From Rhizobiales bacterium UBA1912 (GTDB taxonomy: Bacteria > Pseudomonadota > Alphaproteobacteria > Rhizobiales > Devosiaceae), in contig DDGC01000006.1 in the NCBI GenBank assembly GCA_002337455.1, positions 17,922 through 81,921 of the forward strand: a stretch of 64,000 nt of DNA, in the 5' to 3' direction. Both the position numbers and the translations under genes were made by a program. This document shows positions 62,888-64,000 of this stretch, piece after piece. How positions within the stretch are numbered: position 1 is the first letter of the stretch; every line of letters starts with the position of its first letter. The notes under the pieces are model-generated. The model worked only from the letters and a program-made list of their open reading frames with translations. It had not been told where the DNA came from and searched no databases.

Positions 62888-64000
62888 ATGAAAGCCATCA
62901 TTTCAGGCGCGGGCATTGCCGGGCTCGCCACCGCCATCGCGCTGAGCCGCGCGGGATGGGCTGTTACGGTGCTCGAAAAGGCCGCCGGGCTGCGGGAAGG
63001 GGGCTATATGCTCGACTTTTACGGGCCGGGCTACGAGGCGGCCGAGGATCTGGGGGTGATCGCTGCGTTGAAATCGCACGCGCGCGGCGTGGGGCAGGTC
63101 GATTTCGTCAACGGCGACGGGCGCGTCGGATCGCAGATGAGCTACGCGCAAATGCGCGACGCGGCGGATGGGAAGCTCTTCCCGATCCTGCGCGGGGAGA
63201 TCGAAAAAGAACTGCATGACGCGCTTCCCGATCATGTGGAGCTGCACTATTCGAGCGAGATCGCGGCGGTCGACAACGGGGCAACCGGGGTCGGCCTGAC
63301 GCTTGCCGACGGGCGCAGCATGGAGGCCGATCTGCTGGTTGGCGCCGACGGCATTCACTCCAAAACCCGCAAGCTGGTTTTCGGCCCCGACCGGGCGTTC
63401 GTGCGCTATCTCGGCTATCACACGGCCGCCTATTTCCTTGAGAGCCCGGAGGTCGCCAAGGCGCTGGCCGACGACTTCAAGATGCTGGCGATCAAGGACC
63501 GCATGGCGGGGCTCTATGAGGTCGATGCGGCGCGTATCATGGCGTTCTTCGTGCTCCGCGAGGAGAGCATCGAGCGGCCGGCCGATCCGTTGGCGCGGCT
63601 CAAGGCGGGTTTTGGCGATCTGGGCTGGGTCATGCCCGAAACGCTGGCGGCGGCACCGGCGGCCGAGGACATCTATTATGATGTGCTGGCGCAGGTCGAG
63701 ATGGATCGCTGGTACAGCAACCGCACGGTTCTGGTCGGGGACGCTGCCTATGCGGTGTCGCTGCTGGCGGGGCAGGGCGCTTCCCTGGCGCTGGCCGGGG
63801 GCCGCGCGCTCGGGCAGGTTCTGGGGGGCGATGGGGATATCGATGCAGGCCTGGCGCAGTTTGACAGCCACTTGCGGCCGCTGGTGCTGGACAAGCAGAA
63901 GGCCGGCCGGAGGATGGCCAACTGGTTCGTTCCGGCAAGCCCGGTGCATGGGATGGTGCGTGACTTGGCGCTCAACGCCATGAACTGGCCGCCGCTTTCG
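62888..64000 (+). CDS. FAD-dependent monooxygenase (partial; runs off the window end; not in the ORF track)
   Basis: Own translation from ATG 62888: MKAIISGAGIAGLATAIALSRAGWAVTVLEK.. (GxGxxG), ..LLVGADGIHSKTR.., ..LVGDAAYAVSLLAGQGASLAL... The frame stays open to position 64000. Confidence 0.85.
   Translation, partial: MKAIISGAGIAGLATAIALSRAGWAVTVLEKAAGLREGGYMLDFYGPGYEAAEDLGVIAALKSHARGVGQVDFVNGDGRVGSQMSYAQMRDAADGKLFPILRGEIEKELHDALPDHVELHYSSEIAAVDNGATGVGLTLADGRSMEADLLVGADGIHSKTRKLVFGPDRAFVRYLGYHTAAYFLESPEVAKALADDFKMLAIKDRMAGLYEVDAARIMAFFVLREESIERPADPLARLKAGFGDLGWVMPETLAAAPAAEDIYYDVLAQVEMDRWYSNRTVLVGDAAYAVSLLAGQGASLALAGGRALGQVLGGDGDIDAGLAQFDSHLRPLVLDKQKAGRRMANWFVPASPVHGMVRDLALNAMNWPPLS

Noticed and set aside
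62903-63983. 348-aa minus-strand and 226-aa plus-strand ORFs at the right end
   Set aside because: They are an antisense and an alternate frame of the FAD monooxygenase. The real frame (from ATG 62888) shows the GxGxxG, GADGIHS and GDAAY motifs and stays open to the window end.
1-64000. Search for CRISPR arrays, IS elements/transposases, integrases, prophage genes, toxin-antitoxin pairs and rRNA
   Set aside because: I found no regularly spaced direct repeats, no DDE or tyrosine/serine recombinase-like translations, no phage structural genes and no rRNA-like sequence by eye. A profile-based scan could still reveal small TA genes below 60 aa.

Overview
High-GC (about 60-66% by hand counts) chromosomal segment. 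Gene content and order (tlpA-argH-lysA; cpdR-Zn-ribbon-ftsEX-plsC; gloB divergent from a methyltransferase; pyc, ispG, fumC, rpmF) suggest an alphaproteobacterium of the Hyphomicrobiales/Rhizobiales type; this assignment is inference. I support about 70 protein genes and 2 tRNAs (Leu-CAA, Arg-CCT). I also call several intrinsic terminators, four operator/promoter candidates and two families of short dispersed hairpin repeats. I saw no rRNA, CRISPR array, transposase, integrase or prophage. Functional blocks: (i) a chemotaxis module without cheA/cheW (cheD | mcp-cheR-cheB-cheY), split by an EamA/MocR pair; (ii) a Liv-type ABC importer; (iii) four c-di-GMP genes (GGDEF-EAL, PilZ, GGDEF, REC-like HD-GYP); (iv) housekeeping metabolism; (v) an ECF-sigma/YciI/MAPEG/TetR/FAD-monooxygenase block at the right end. 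Items most worth a second look: a low-GC 905-aa ORF that appears to fuse a DMT/EamA-like transporter body to a periplasmic OpuAC-type binding domain and is flanked by an 11-bp direct repeat; a canonical alphaproteobacterial SOS box (GTTC-N7-GTTC) in front of an uncharacterised 113-aa gene; a two-hairpin intergenic repeat present in six copies, all in one orientation, with compensatory arm changes; and a small DxxxQ-motif protein beside cheD. Many long ORFs in the supplied track are antisense or alternate-frame artefacts of the high GC content and were rejected. All homology calls come from reading the translations. No database search was run.
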